Assembly (NCBI GenBank): GCA_030704615.1
Contig: CM060731.1
Span: 83,266,001 to 83,330,000 of the forward strand
Reading direction: 5' to 3'
Origin: Takakia lepidozioides
Lineage: Eukaryota > Plantae > Bryophyta
Length of the DNA stretch: 64,000 nt
The notes under the pieces are model-generated. The model was not told where the DNA came from. It searched no databases and saw only the letters and a program-made list of their open reading frames with translations. Both the position numbers and the translations under genes were made by a program. Shown here in pieces: positions 50,285 through 62,700 of this stretch (position 1 is the first letter of the stretch; each line of letters begins with the position of its first letter).

Positions 50285-50929
50285 GACGTGGGTGGACTCC
50301 ATCGGAGAGACCTATTCTCCTCAAGGAGTGCGCTCCTCTTCTCCATTGTATGGGGACATTCGCATTGGTGTGGACGACGAAAACGTGAAGATTTCCATAT
50401 TCGATGGTGGTATGATTGAAGGGCAGGACATTGTGGTGAACATCACTAGGGGCGGTACAACGGCTGCAATCGACTTTACATGGAGGAGCCCCATGACTCA
50501 TGAGCTAGTTCTGAGAGCAGTCGAAGTCCCATTGACAACGTGACTTGTATTCAGTAGGCACAGGGCTAAAGATTTGATTGCACAATCAGCACAGTAGACG
50601 TGCTTCAAATGCAATTCATGTGGATCAATAAAAACCTCATTGTGCCCTCTTTTTATTCTATTCTGTGTCCATCGTTCCCAGAATGCGTCATTGCTCATTT
50701 CGTTTGGGATTGGGAGTGTGGGTGGATTTTGCAAGTGGCTGGTAGGCTGAAATGGGCCCCCATTGTACAGAGCAGTACCACCCTACCATTCGCGAAACAT
50801 TGCCTTTCAATATATAATTCTAAATAACATTGCCGAACCTCCTTCATTGGGAGGTCCTTCTCCCCCTATGACCGTGGCACCCTAAACCCTATTCCCGCGG
50901 ACACTCATTTCCGGAAAATAGTGTTGCTC

Positions 50930-51005
50930 ATGTTTTTTTCCACACTTACGACTCTGCTCATGGCTCATGCCGCTCATGGCTCATGGCTCATGAAATAGCA
51001 GCCCC
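50930..51005. repeat. Probable DNA-transposon terminus with tandem GCTCATG subterminal motifs
   Basis: GCTCATGGCTCATGCCGCTCATGGCTCATGGCTCATGAAATAGCAGCCCC abutting copy F. Confidence 0.6.
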
Positions 51006-52197
51006 CATACTCTCTGACCCCTCGAGGTCTTCTCGTAGCAGGTAATCTACTAGATTTCTTTGTGGTAATTTGTATCTCGTGTATCCCATTATGCACGGTT
51101 AGTAACTGAGAATTCCAGTCATGGAATACCCTGGCCTGTTTCAGCCACGGACGTCCCAATAATAAGGAGTAAGCCTCCATTACTTCATCCATCTTCAACA
51201 CAGTTACTGTGATCATAAAGATCATCTTCTGTATCTGTATCTTAACTCCTCTTATTAATCCCAATGGCTGTACACTTCTTTGATCTGCCATTGTTACTGT
51301 AAATGGGGCTGGTTTCATGTTACTTAGGCCAAGCTTCTTTCTTAATTGGTCTGTCATGATATTTACTCCTGAGCCTCCATCTATCAGTACATCAGTTAGT
51401 TCTGTGCTTCCAATTCTCAATTGGATTACTGGCATAGAATCATCAAAGTCCATGACTGTTTCTCGCCCTTCCGGCTTCACATTATAACTGGTCACATTGC
51501 TGTTCAGGTCTGTGTTTCCTGTCTTCTGGGCAATTCGATTGATTGCTTGATACAGCCGGTGTCTAGAATAAGGTGCCACAGCCAATAGCTGTCCAATGGT
51601 AATCTCTGCTTTGGTCTGGCATATTACTTCAGCCAAAGTCCCTTCATTATTTTGCATGTCTGCATCTTCTTTCTTCCTTTCATCCTCACTCACTTCTTCT
51701 TCTCCATCAGAATCAGAGGAATCTGCCACAGGAATATCAGTGTTCTTCTGCATTTCCCTTATGGTATCTGCCACTTCCTTGTGCAGTTCCTTCTCATCTC
51801 TCCAAGCCTCATCATCTTCAGGCATATCACTGCCACCTTCATTATCATCCTCTTCCTCAACTACTGGAGGTATTAGTTTGGCTTTGCTTCTTGTTATCAT
51901 CATTGTACTTACTTCTGGTACAACACATGGCCTAACCATGTGAGCTGCCACCACTGGGCCCTCATTCACAGGAGCTCTCATCTCATTTTGGTGTCTAATC
52001 CAGAATGAACAGGCTGCCTTGCAATGTCCTGGCTGATTACAATAGTAACATAGTTCTTCACCATTGGGTCCTCGCCCTTGGTCTGTTCTTGGATTATTTC
52101 TGTAATCCTGATTCCCGGGCTGGTAATTCCCCCTTGGATTACCCTGATAGTTGCCTCTGGAATTTCCTTGGTAATTTCCTCTTGAATTACCTCTCCC
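51006..52197 (-). pseudogene. Gypsy copy F fragment (gag C-terminus to protease); target of the copy E insertion
   Basis: ORF 50974-51981 is continuous from gag into VLIDGGSGVNIM. Confidence 0.92.
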
Positions 52198-53142
52198 TGT
52201 TAGAGGACTGTCGGGGACTTAGACACTTATACGGGATCTGTAGGGTACCCTTAATTTTTGCACAGACTGAGACCAACAGGAGCCTTAGGGGTGACAGCAG
52301 CGCATTGTAGAGGGGGGTTACACAGCCCGTCACAGCCGACACAGCCACACAGCCAGTCACAGCCCGACACAGCCAACACAGCCCATCACAGTCGTCACAG
52401 CAGACACAGCCATCACAGCCGACATAGCCCGACACAGCCAGTCACAGCCCGACACAGCCAAACACAGTTGCACAGCCCGTCACAGTTTCACACAGCCAGT
52501 CACAGCTTGACACAGCTGTCACGATCATAGGGAACGGAGAGCAGGACACGGAACGAATGTGGGAAACAACACCTGCGAAGGGAACATGTTAGTTCATAGA
52601 CGACGGTTAGTGAGGGAAACGGTTAGAACCACGGGTAGGAAGGTAAAGGGAGAAGCGGGGAATTTTGGGGATATCATTCGGAGGAGGACTTCTTGGTCAT
52701 GGAGGAGAGGGGATTGGGCAGAGATGAAGAACGGAAGTGAAGATAGAGAGATGATGAGTAGATGCTTGATATATGCAAGGCTGTAATGATATTGTAGAGC
52801 AGATTAGAGACACAATGGCTTCGGCCTGATACCTGATAAATCATAATCGGATACTTTTACGATACAATCACACTGTGTAGAGAGATCTGAGTGAAGCTGT
52901 GGAATGAATGGATGAGTTGATGGAATCCAATAGATTGATAAAGCAAACTGATACTTAATTATCAATGCTAAGATAGCTAACATGAATGCCAAAAGGGAAA
53001 CAAATAGGAAACCATGATACACTAGCTGTAGGTCATGACTGATTGTTCTGCGCGGGCTGAGTACTTAGAGATTTCCAACTCTTCTATCTTGGAGTTTCCG
53101 CCTCGAATAGCGAAGGGATGGGTGAGTAAAAGCCGCGCGACA
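52198..53142 (+). repeat. 5' LTR of copy E with a CACAGCC minisatellite at ~52320-52520
   Basis: TGT...ACA termini; same start in five copies. Confidence 0.82.
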
Positions 53143-53144
53143 TT

Positions 53145-53162
53145 TGGCGACCATACTGGGGA
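53145..53162 (+). promoter_or_regulatory. Primer binding site, tRNA-Arg-like
   Basis: TGGCGACCATACTGGGGA 2 nt after the LTR-terminal CA; resembles the TGGCGAC..CTGGGGA PBS of Ogre/Tat elements. Confidence 0.75.
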
Positions 53163-53750
53163 ACTAGTAATGAACAACCAGATGTGACAGGCATCTGGTG
53201 GGATCATGGTGGATGGACCATTAAAGAATTTGAAGTGAATCAAATTCCCTGTGGAACGAAGGAAGAAAGATTGTCCAAACGATTCTTTCAAAGGTTCTTG
53301 GAATTGCCAGACGGTTGTAAAGAAAATATTCTTAAGCGAGTGCATGATGCTGATCCGGAATGGGGTCTGGAGAAAGGAGTGATAAAGATTTATCAGGTAG
53401 CCTGTAGAGGAAGAGCACGTTGGTTACCAACATTGGTATATGTGATAGCATTGCTATCCATTAAGCGAGTAGAGTTTGAAGGCTGGGAAGAAAGAAAGGT
53501 GAATGTTTATACTCATATGCATGAAGAGCTTGTACTGGTAAAGAATTGGATTCCAAAGGATATTTTGTGGATCAAACTCACACCAAGAACAGCTTTTCAG
53601 ACTTGTTTGCCATATGGTTATATGGTAACGGAGACTTCAAGTATAGCCAAGGGTGCATTGAAGCTTGAAAGAAACCCAGGCATATACGAGAGATATTACA
53701 GAAGAGAGTTTTGGTTATTGCCACATTAAAAGAAATGAAAGACATGGGAC

Positions 53751-56700
53751 ATGAGTGATGAAAGAGAAGCTAGACGCCAGAGATATTCAGCAAAAAGAGA
53801 AAGCTATCTGAAAGCTAATTATCCATATCTTTGGGAGAGAGGAATAGACATAGGGGAATCATCTGGACCTCTCACACCATTAAGATCAAAGAGTACATCA
53901 CCCATACCGGAAGAACTAGAGTTGGATGCCACTCCTTCGTTTCTTTGCAAGAAAGATTAAGGGAATTGGTACAGAAGAAGATCAATCACGAGGTGAAAGA
54001 TCTGAGGTACATCCCTGGATAAAAGATTTGACAGAAATCTTTGATAAGAGTTGGCATGGAACACCAAAAGCAGGAACTCCAGCTTCTGAAGCAGAAGGTG
54101 AAGAAGGAGAAGAGGATGTGGCAGAGCCAACGGAGAGTTCAGACTCTCCAACACCATTACAGTTGAGTTACATGAGTGAAGAAGAAACCCAAGGGCAGAA
54201 CTTGGAGGATGAAAACAAGAGAAGAAATTGGAAGAGGAAGGATATGAAGAAGTAGACCCAACAGCTGAGGTTGAGACTACAACCAGGACATCCCAACCCG
54301 TTGGACCTGGATCAAGTGGAGCACTTGGATCACAGGCCAACGAAGGTGTCGGCTCAGGGGGATCAGGCGGGCTGCCTGGATCTGGCTCTGGGGGGACAGG
54401 GAGTGTGGGAAGTAGTGCAACTGAAGCTGGGAATACTGTGAATATCGTGGGGCCAGAAGCAGGGAGTGCTCAAGGGCACCACTTGGTGGAAGATCCACCA
54501 CAAAAACAATAGGTCCAGGAGGACCAGCACCAGCAAGGGTGCCAGCACCTGTCAGTGGGCAGAAGGTAGGGCCACAAATGGCGTTACAACCAACACGGGC
54601 AAAACCACCCTTTCCAATATATTCAGGAAAAGGGGATCCCGATGTACACATTAGCCAATTTGAGCACATGTGTATAGTGAACAATGAGAATGGCGATGAT
54701 GCCAAGATGAGATTGTTTCCTTGTTCACTTATCAAGAAAGCAAGTGAATGGTATGCAAGATTCCCTGATAATCATTTCCTAACCTGGAATGGCTTGAATA
54801 CAGCATTTCGAAATAGGTTCAGGACAAGTAAAACTGAGGATGAAGTGTATGGAAGTTTACAACAGCTGAAGCAGAAGAAGCATGAAACTGTTGAAGAGTA
54901 TATGGAGAAGATGGAATTGATGATGAAAAAACTGGCAGCAGTACCAGCACCCGGTTTACAGAAGACTTGGTTTGTGAGTGGACTAAGACCGGAGTTGCAA
55001 AAGAAAGTGGATATGTTACCCCATAATACAGTGGAGGAGGCATTTGAAACTGCTAACAGAATTGAGCAATTGGGAATGCTCAGGAGAGAGAAAAAGGATG
55101 ATGAGGACTCTGAGGATGAGTCAGATGAAGAAGAAGAGCAAGAACTAAAAAGAAAGAGTAAGAGAAAGGAGAAGTTGAAGAGGGATAACTATGAAAAAAG
55201 ATTGGAAGAAATCTTGAAGAAGTATGCCACAGAGGCTGCAACACATTGGAGGAAGGGTGTATGGTGTGCAAAGTGCCAGAATGAAGGCCATACCACCACA
55301 GAATGCCACATGAAGGAGAAACACTGTACTATCTGTAAAATGGATAACCATTCTACTGAGAATTGTTACTACAACAGAAGGACAGCTGCAAGAGAACCTA
55401 GGCAAGTAAGGGTGCATCAGGTGCAGCCCCAGCCAAGAAGAAACAATGATCAGGACCACTATGGTAGGTCTGGTGGTTATAACAATGGCATGGAAGGGAG
55501 AGGTAATTCAAGAGGGAATTACCAAGGAAATTCCAGAGGCAACTATCAGGGTAATCCAAGGGGGAATTACCAGCCCGGGAATCAGGATTATAGAAATAAT
55601 CCAAGAACAGACCAAGGGCGAGGACCCAATGGTGAAGAACTATGTTACTATTGTAATCAGCCAGGACATCGCAGGGCAGCCTGTTCATTCTGGATAAGAC
55701 ACCAGAATGAGATGAGAGCTCCTGTGAATGAGGGCCCAGTGGTGGCAGCTCACATGGTTAGGCCATGTGTTGTACCAGAAGTAAGTACAATGATAGTAAC
55801 AAGAAGTAAAGCCAAACTAATACCTCCAGTAGTAGAGGAAGAAGATGATAATGAAGTGGCAATGATATGCCTGAAGATGAAGAGACTTGGAAAGATGAGA
55901 AGGAACTGCACAAGGAAGTGGCAGATACTATAAGGGAAATGCAAAAGAGTACTGATATTCCTGTGGCAGATTCCTCTGATTCTGATGGAGAAGAAGAAGG
56001 GAGTGAGGAAGAAAGGAAGAAAGAAGATGCAGACATGCAAAGTAATGAAGAGACTTTGGCTGAAGTAATATGCCAGACCAAAGCAGAAATTACCATTGGA
56101 CAGCTATTAGTTGTGGCACCTTATTGTAGGCACAGGCTGTATCAAGCAATCAATCGAATTGCCCAGGAGACAGAAACACAGACCTGAACAGCAAGGTGAC
56201 CAGTTATAATGTGAAGCCGGAAGGGCGAGAAACAGTCATGGACTTTGATGATTCTATGCCAGTAATCCAATTGAGAATTGGAAGCACAGAACTAACTGAT
56301 GTACTGATAGATGGAGGTTCTGGAGTAAATATCATGACAGACCAATTAAGGAAGAAGCTTGGTCTAAGTAACATGAAACCAGCCCCATTTACAGTAACAA
56401 TGGCAGATCAAAGAAGTGTACAGCCATTGGGATTAATAAGAGGAGTTAAGATACAGATACAGAAGATGATCTTTATGATCACAGTAACTGTGTTGAAAAT
56501 GGATGAAGTCATGGAGGCTTACTCCTTATTATTGGGACGGCCGTGGCTGAAACAGGCCAGGGTATTCCATGACTGGAATTCTCAGTTACTAACCGTGCAT
56601 AATGGGATACACGAGATACAAATTACCACAAAGAAATCTAGTAGATTACCTGCTACAAGAAGACCTCGAGGAGTCAGAGAGTATGACTGGAAAGGAGGAC

Positions 56701-59700
56701 TGGATGAGGAGCAGGAAGCTACCCTATTTGCTGCACACCCAGAGTGGGAGCAGGTTGCAGAGATGCGGCTGGAAAGCCTAAGTTGTTTGAGAGGTATTTG
56801 TTGTGGTGTAGTGACAGCAACACCAACTGAGAGAGGAAACCAGCATTTACCCATCACATTTCTATGAAGAAAGAGAAGGAGAAATAGAAATCCTAGAAGA
56901 ACCAGCCACTGTGAGCTTACAGGATGAAGTGGTGACTGGTTGGACAATCACAGCTGATGAGCAGGTGAGGGAAGTAAATGTGGGAACTAAAGAGGAACCG
57001 AGGATGGTGAAAGTAGGAGCTGATTTGGAGCCGGAATTCTTCGAAGAAGCTAAAAGCTTGTTCATCAAATACAGAGATGTATTTGCTTGGAGCTATGAGG
57101 ATCTAAAAGGGATACCACCTGAAGTCTGTCAGCATAAGATTGAACTGGAACCAGGGTCAGTACCAATCAAGCAGGCGAGGTATAGAATGAATCCCAACTA
57201 CGCACAGAAGGTTGGAGAAGAGATAAAGAAGTTGGCTGAGGCTAAGTTTATATACCCAATAGAGTATACAACTTGGTTGTCACCCATTGTTATAGTTCCC
57301 AAGAAGAATGGCAAACTAAGAGTATGTGTGAACTATAAGAAGCTGAATGCTTGTACGAAGAAAGATCCTTTCCCTTTGCCATTCACAGAAGCAGTATTAG
57401 ACACTGTGGCAGGCCATGAGATGTACTCATTCATGGATGGCTTCAGTGGTTATAATCAAGTGCAAGTGGCAGAAGAAGACCAAGGGAAAACAGCTTTCAT
57501 CACAGACTGGGGGGCTTATGCATACAAAGTCATGCCCTTTGGACTTTGTAATGCACCAGCGACCTTTCAGAGAGTGATAAGTAATCTTTTCATGAGTATC
57601 TGGATGATTTCATGCAGGTATTCTTGGATGATTTCAGTGTGTACAGCTCTAAGAATGAGCACTTGCATAAATTGGAGTTATGTTTGGCCAGATGCAGGAT
57701 GAGAGGTCTGGGCCTGAATCCAGAGAAGTGTACTTTCTGTGTGAACTCAGGGGTGCTTCTGGGACACATTGTGTGTAAGAAGGGACTCCTTGTGGATCCC
57801 AGAAAGACAGAGTCCATTAAAGCCTCTCCACCACCAGTGAATGTTAAAAGTCTAAGGAGATTCCTTGGGCAAACCAGTTATTACAAAGATTTGTCAAAAG
57901 GTATGCACAAATAGCAGCACCATTGAGCAAACTACTGAAGAAAGATGCAGTGTTTGCCTGGACAGCTGAATGTCAACAGGCGTTTGAGGAACTTACACTG
58001 TCAGTAACAACTACACCTGTGCTGATTAACCCTCACTGGCATGTAGTATTTCATGTTCACTGCGATGCATCAGGAGAAGCGTTGGGAGCGGTGTTAGCCC
58101 AGAATGTTACAGGAAATATAGATTCACCTGTGTACTATGCTAGCCGGTTGATGAACAGTGCTGAGAGGAACTATAGCACAACGGAAAGAGAAGCATTGGC
58201 AATGATCTATGCAGTGAAGAAATTCAGGCATTACCTGTTGGGCAAGAAGTTTATGTTCTATGTGGATCACCAGGCTCTGATATACCTGGTAAACAAACCT
58301 CTGATAAGCGGAAGAATAGCAAGATGGTTGATAATCTTGCACGAGTTTGAGTTCGAGGTTGTTTACAAGCCTGGGAGACTGCATCTTGTGGCGGATCATT
58401 TGTCACGGTTATCAACAGGAGAACCAGCCACAGGAATAGATGATCAATTACCAGATGCGAGTCTCTTTGCAGTGGAGGTGCAGGGAAGTGCAGATGACTG
58501 GTTAGATTGGCAGTGGCCAATCAGATACTACCTTGCTCATGGTCAGTGCCCACCTAGTTATGGTAAGGAGCAGAGGAAGAGAATCGCTATCAAAGCTTTA
58601 CCTTATACTATGGTAGGAAGCAGAATGTATAAGCTAGGACCTGATGGAGTACTAAAACGATGCTTGTACCACCATGAAGTAAATAAAGTTTTGGAGGAAG
58701 TTCATAAAGGAGTGGCTGGAGGTCATTTTGGAGAAGAGACTACCAGTAGGAAGATACTACTCGCAGGTTACTGGTGGCCTACTTTGTTCAAAGATGTACA
58801 CGAGTATTGTCAGAGTTGTGATGAATGTCAGAGGCTAGGACCTTTGCAGAGATCTGGAAGGATGGCCTTGCATCCTACAATGCCTACGGAACCATTTCAG
58901 AAATGGGGACTAGACTTTGTTGGACCATTAAACCCACCAGCCAAGAATACACGGAACAGGTACATAATTACAGCCACTGATTATACTACGAAGTGGGTGG
59001 AAGCTAAAGCTTTGAGGGACAACACAGCCAAGTCCACAGCAAGGTTCCTGTACGAGAACATACTTACACGATTTGGCTGTCCCTTAGAATTTATCAGTGA
59101 TCAAGGAAGTCACTTCATGAATGAGACCATTGAGTTGTTGACTAAAGAGTTTATGATTGTGCATAGAAAGAGTACAACATATTACCCACAGGGTAATGGG
59201 CAAGCAGAGGCTACCAACAAAATACTATGTACTATCTTGGCTAAGATAGTCAATGCAAACAGAACGGATTGGGATACAAAGCTGCTGACAGCTTTGTGGT
59301 CATACAGGACTTCATATAAAGTCACCACTAAGTATACACCATTCCAATTAGTTTATGGTATGGAAGCCTTACTTCCAGTGGAATTCCTGTTACCTACCAT
59401 GAGAACGGAGTGGGGAAAGAGAATGGAATTGCAAGACTCCATCAAGGTCAGGAAACATGAATTATACCATGTGGAAGAAGTACGTGCTGATGCAGCTGAT
59501 AATATGACCAGAATTCAGATGAAGCGAAAGGAACAGTTTGATGAAGGCAAGTTAAAGACTTTTAAGACGGGGGATTTGGTTCTATGGTTGCAGAAGAAAG
59601 GAAAGATTCAAGCTTCTAAGCTTAAATCACCATGGAAAGGACCTTATGTCATACAAAAATGTATGATAACAACACCGCCATGTTACAAACCATTAACAAA

Positions 59701-59740
59701 GAAATGCTGGGAAGAGTCAATGCAAATAAGTTGAAGGGGT
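53751..59740 (+). CDS. gag-pol polyprotein (capsid, 3 CCHC knuckles, protease, RT, RNase H, integrase with GPY motif), broken by 1-bp indels
   Basis: ORFs 53751-53960, 53926-54255, 54228-54512, 54539-55933, 55867-56187, 56196-56867, 56911-57702, 57612-57914 and 57923-59734. Confidence 0.93.
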
Positions 59741-62700
59741 ACAGTGGTATCCATGACAAACCCTTGCAACATGATTTGCATGTTGAACCGCAAGAGCAGT
59801 CACGGGCTGCACCAGTGTTACGAACGGAGTATGGAGCACTTGTCGCTAGGCCCAGCATATATGACCAGGGTGGGCAAAACAAACGTGACACAACCTATCA
59901 CAGCCCATCACGACGTGACACAGCCTATCACAGCCCATCACCACGTGACACAGCCTATCACAGCCCATCACGACGTGACACAGCCTATCACAGCCCATCA
60001 CGACGTGACACAGCCTATCACAGCCCAGCACGGCGCAACACAGCCTATCACAGCCCATCACGACGTGACACAGCCTATCACAGCCCATCACAACGTGACA
60101 CAGCCTATCACAGCCCAGCACGGCGCAACACAGCCTATCACAACCTACCACAGCGTGTCACAGCCTATCACAGCTTACCACAGTGCATCACAGCCTATCA
60201 CAGCGTAACACAGTATGACACAGCCTGTCACAGCTCAACACAGCCTACTAAAGTTACACGATCCATAGAATCAGTGACAAGTGGACGCATAATAACTTCA
60301 GGAAAATGGCTGACGGAAGAGGAAACGGAAATTACTTTAAAAATAGACACGTGGAGGTCAAGGCGCGACACACAGCCGAGAAGGAAGTGCAAGAACAGGT
60401 GTCAAAAAGAAAGAGGACAAGAACGGCCGTCAAAAGGGATGAAAGGCGGGCCCATTAATGAGTACGGAAAAAGGGAAACGGAACGAACGGCAAGTACAGA
60501 AAAGCGGAATTCTTGTCACATGTGTGATCCTAGTGGACTATCCAACAGGGAAAGTCCACTAAAGAAGATAAAATCTAAAATCCAGTCACAGCGGATACAG
60601 CCAATAGAAAACCAGAGAAAGGATCAAGAAAATGGAGGGAAATTGAGCGCAAGAGGCGGCGTCGTTCTGAGTAACGGGCGTCTCGACAGGACAGACCATC
60701 AATGCTATACCTTGGAAACTATGGAGGAACTAACAGACTATACGCTCGCAATATTACTTACGCAGTGGCATAGACACGAAAGGACAGAGCGGAGCTTTTC
60801 TCTTGAGCGATGCTTGCAAGCCCCGCAGGCTTACAAGAAATTACCCATAGCTTTCTGCGGCAACCATACGTTTATGCTTTGTGCACTACAGGCATTCCTG
60901 CAGTTGTTACAGCCAAAACAGTTCGGTGAGTCTAAAATGAAGAGAGTGAGAGGAATGGAGGAAATCAGGGTGAAGAGCACCACAATTCTGCAGAAACAAA
61001 CAATTGCTACCCCACAGGCGATACAGATACTGGAGGAGCTGAGATTGCAAGGATTGCAAAGCCTAGATTGGACATTACACCATAGACAGTACATGTTACA
61101 ATTTTTGCAGAACTTTGAGCCAAGGGCAGGAACAACAACAGTGAAGGGAGTTGAATTATGATTACTCCCCTATACCTCCAGCAATTGTTTCGATTGCCAG
61201 CAGGTCAGGTGCATGTGGAGGAACACAGGGCAAGACTGCAAATAGGGGACTTATTCCAAGAAGGGAGTTTCTTTAAAACTCAGGGTTATGCTTGTACCAA
61301 GGCTGTGTACCCAGGGCTAAAAGAGATAGGCCAGGTATTGAACGTTCTGATTGCCATGAAACAGAACCAACAATATTTGAGCAGATCCTTCACGGAGGAA
61401 ATACTCAAAGGCCTGAAGGGACAAGAGGTACAATGGGCGGACATAATGTACAACGCACTGGTAGAGGAGATGAAAAGATTACAAGGTACTACCGCAAAGT
61501 CTCCTATAATAGTGTCTGGCCCAATCATTGCTCAAATAATCCTTGATTCTGGCATACTGAATGCGCAAGAAAGAAAGGAAATGGGAGTGTTTGAGCCAGC
61601 AAACAACTGCAATGGAAGAGCAAGGCTCTTCACACAGTGAGGGTGGACTAGCAGGGCAACCTGAGACTAAGAGGCAGAGACGGGGAAAGACTGTGGTGGC
61701 GGATCCACTGGCTTCACGGATTCCGCATGATAATGTTTCCCAAGCTCATGGCCAGGAAGGGGCACAGCAGCACAGAGAAATGCTATTACTGGAAGCAGGA
61801 CCTTCAGAGAGGGAGGAGGAAGTTACTTCTGTATCACAACCATCACAGCCACCTGAACGACTTGTCACAAGGTCACAAGTTATCCATGCAGCTCAACCAG
61901 AAATAATTGATTTGGAAAGAGAAGGGTTAGATATTCCAACTACAGAACAGATAGTGGCAGAAATAGAGAAGGGGACCTTCTCTATGAATATTCTGGTCTG
62001 GTCAAGGAGACAGAAATCCCAGAGGTGCAACAGTTGCCCAAGGGAAATCCTGAGGTGCATATAATACACACACCTGTGTCGGAGATACCACAGGCGGAAG
62101 GTCATGACACTGTAGCACCGGTGATAGATGAAGTAGTTCAGGAAGAAAATCCGGTGGGACAATGGCCTGAATGGTTAGTGAGACATCACACTGTTGAAGA
62201 TCAGGAGGAACAGCAGCAACCTCACCATGATGACCCTCAACAGGCAATGCTGATGAGTTCCATAGGCAGGACACTTAATTTGTTGGGGACTTATGTCAAA
62301 TCCCATGTTCCAATTACCCAATTGACAGCCTTGAGAGAGGAACTCAGGAAGGAGTTTGAGGCTCGACTAGCCACTGAGTGTGCAAACAAGGTCGATGAAG
62401 AGGTCACTCTCAAGATGAAGCAGGACTTGGGAAATACAGAAATGGCTTTGCAATTGGCCAAGGAACAATTGATTGAGGCAGGCCTCGCGCAAGACCAGTT
62501 GCACGAAGCACATAAGCAACAGCTATACCAAATGCAGGTGCAGCATGAAAGCAAGTTGCAAGAACTGAATGCACTACATACGGAGTTGCAGACAGTGCAT
62601 AACAGGATGGCGATACAATGTGCTACATTCACAACTATGCTTGACCAATCTACAAAAGAAATAAACAGTCAAGCGGAAAAATGTACGAAGGCAGAAGAAG

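Noticed and set aside
50285-50830. OTU-like protease remnant on the minus strand
   Set aside because: Only a vague resemblance; no catalytic motifs identifiable
52198-52322. 125-bp mini-LTR (TGTTAG...GTTACA)
   Set aside because: No PBS follows it; a convincing PBS follows the CA at 53142
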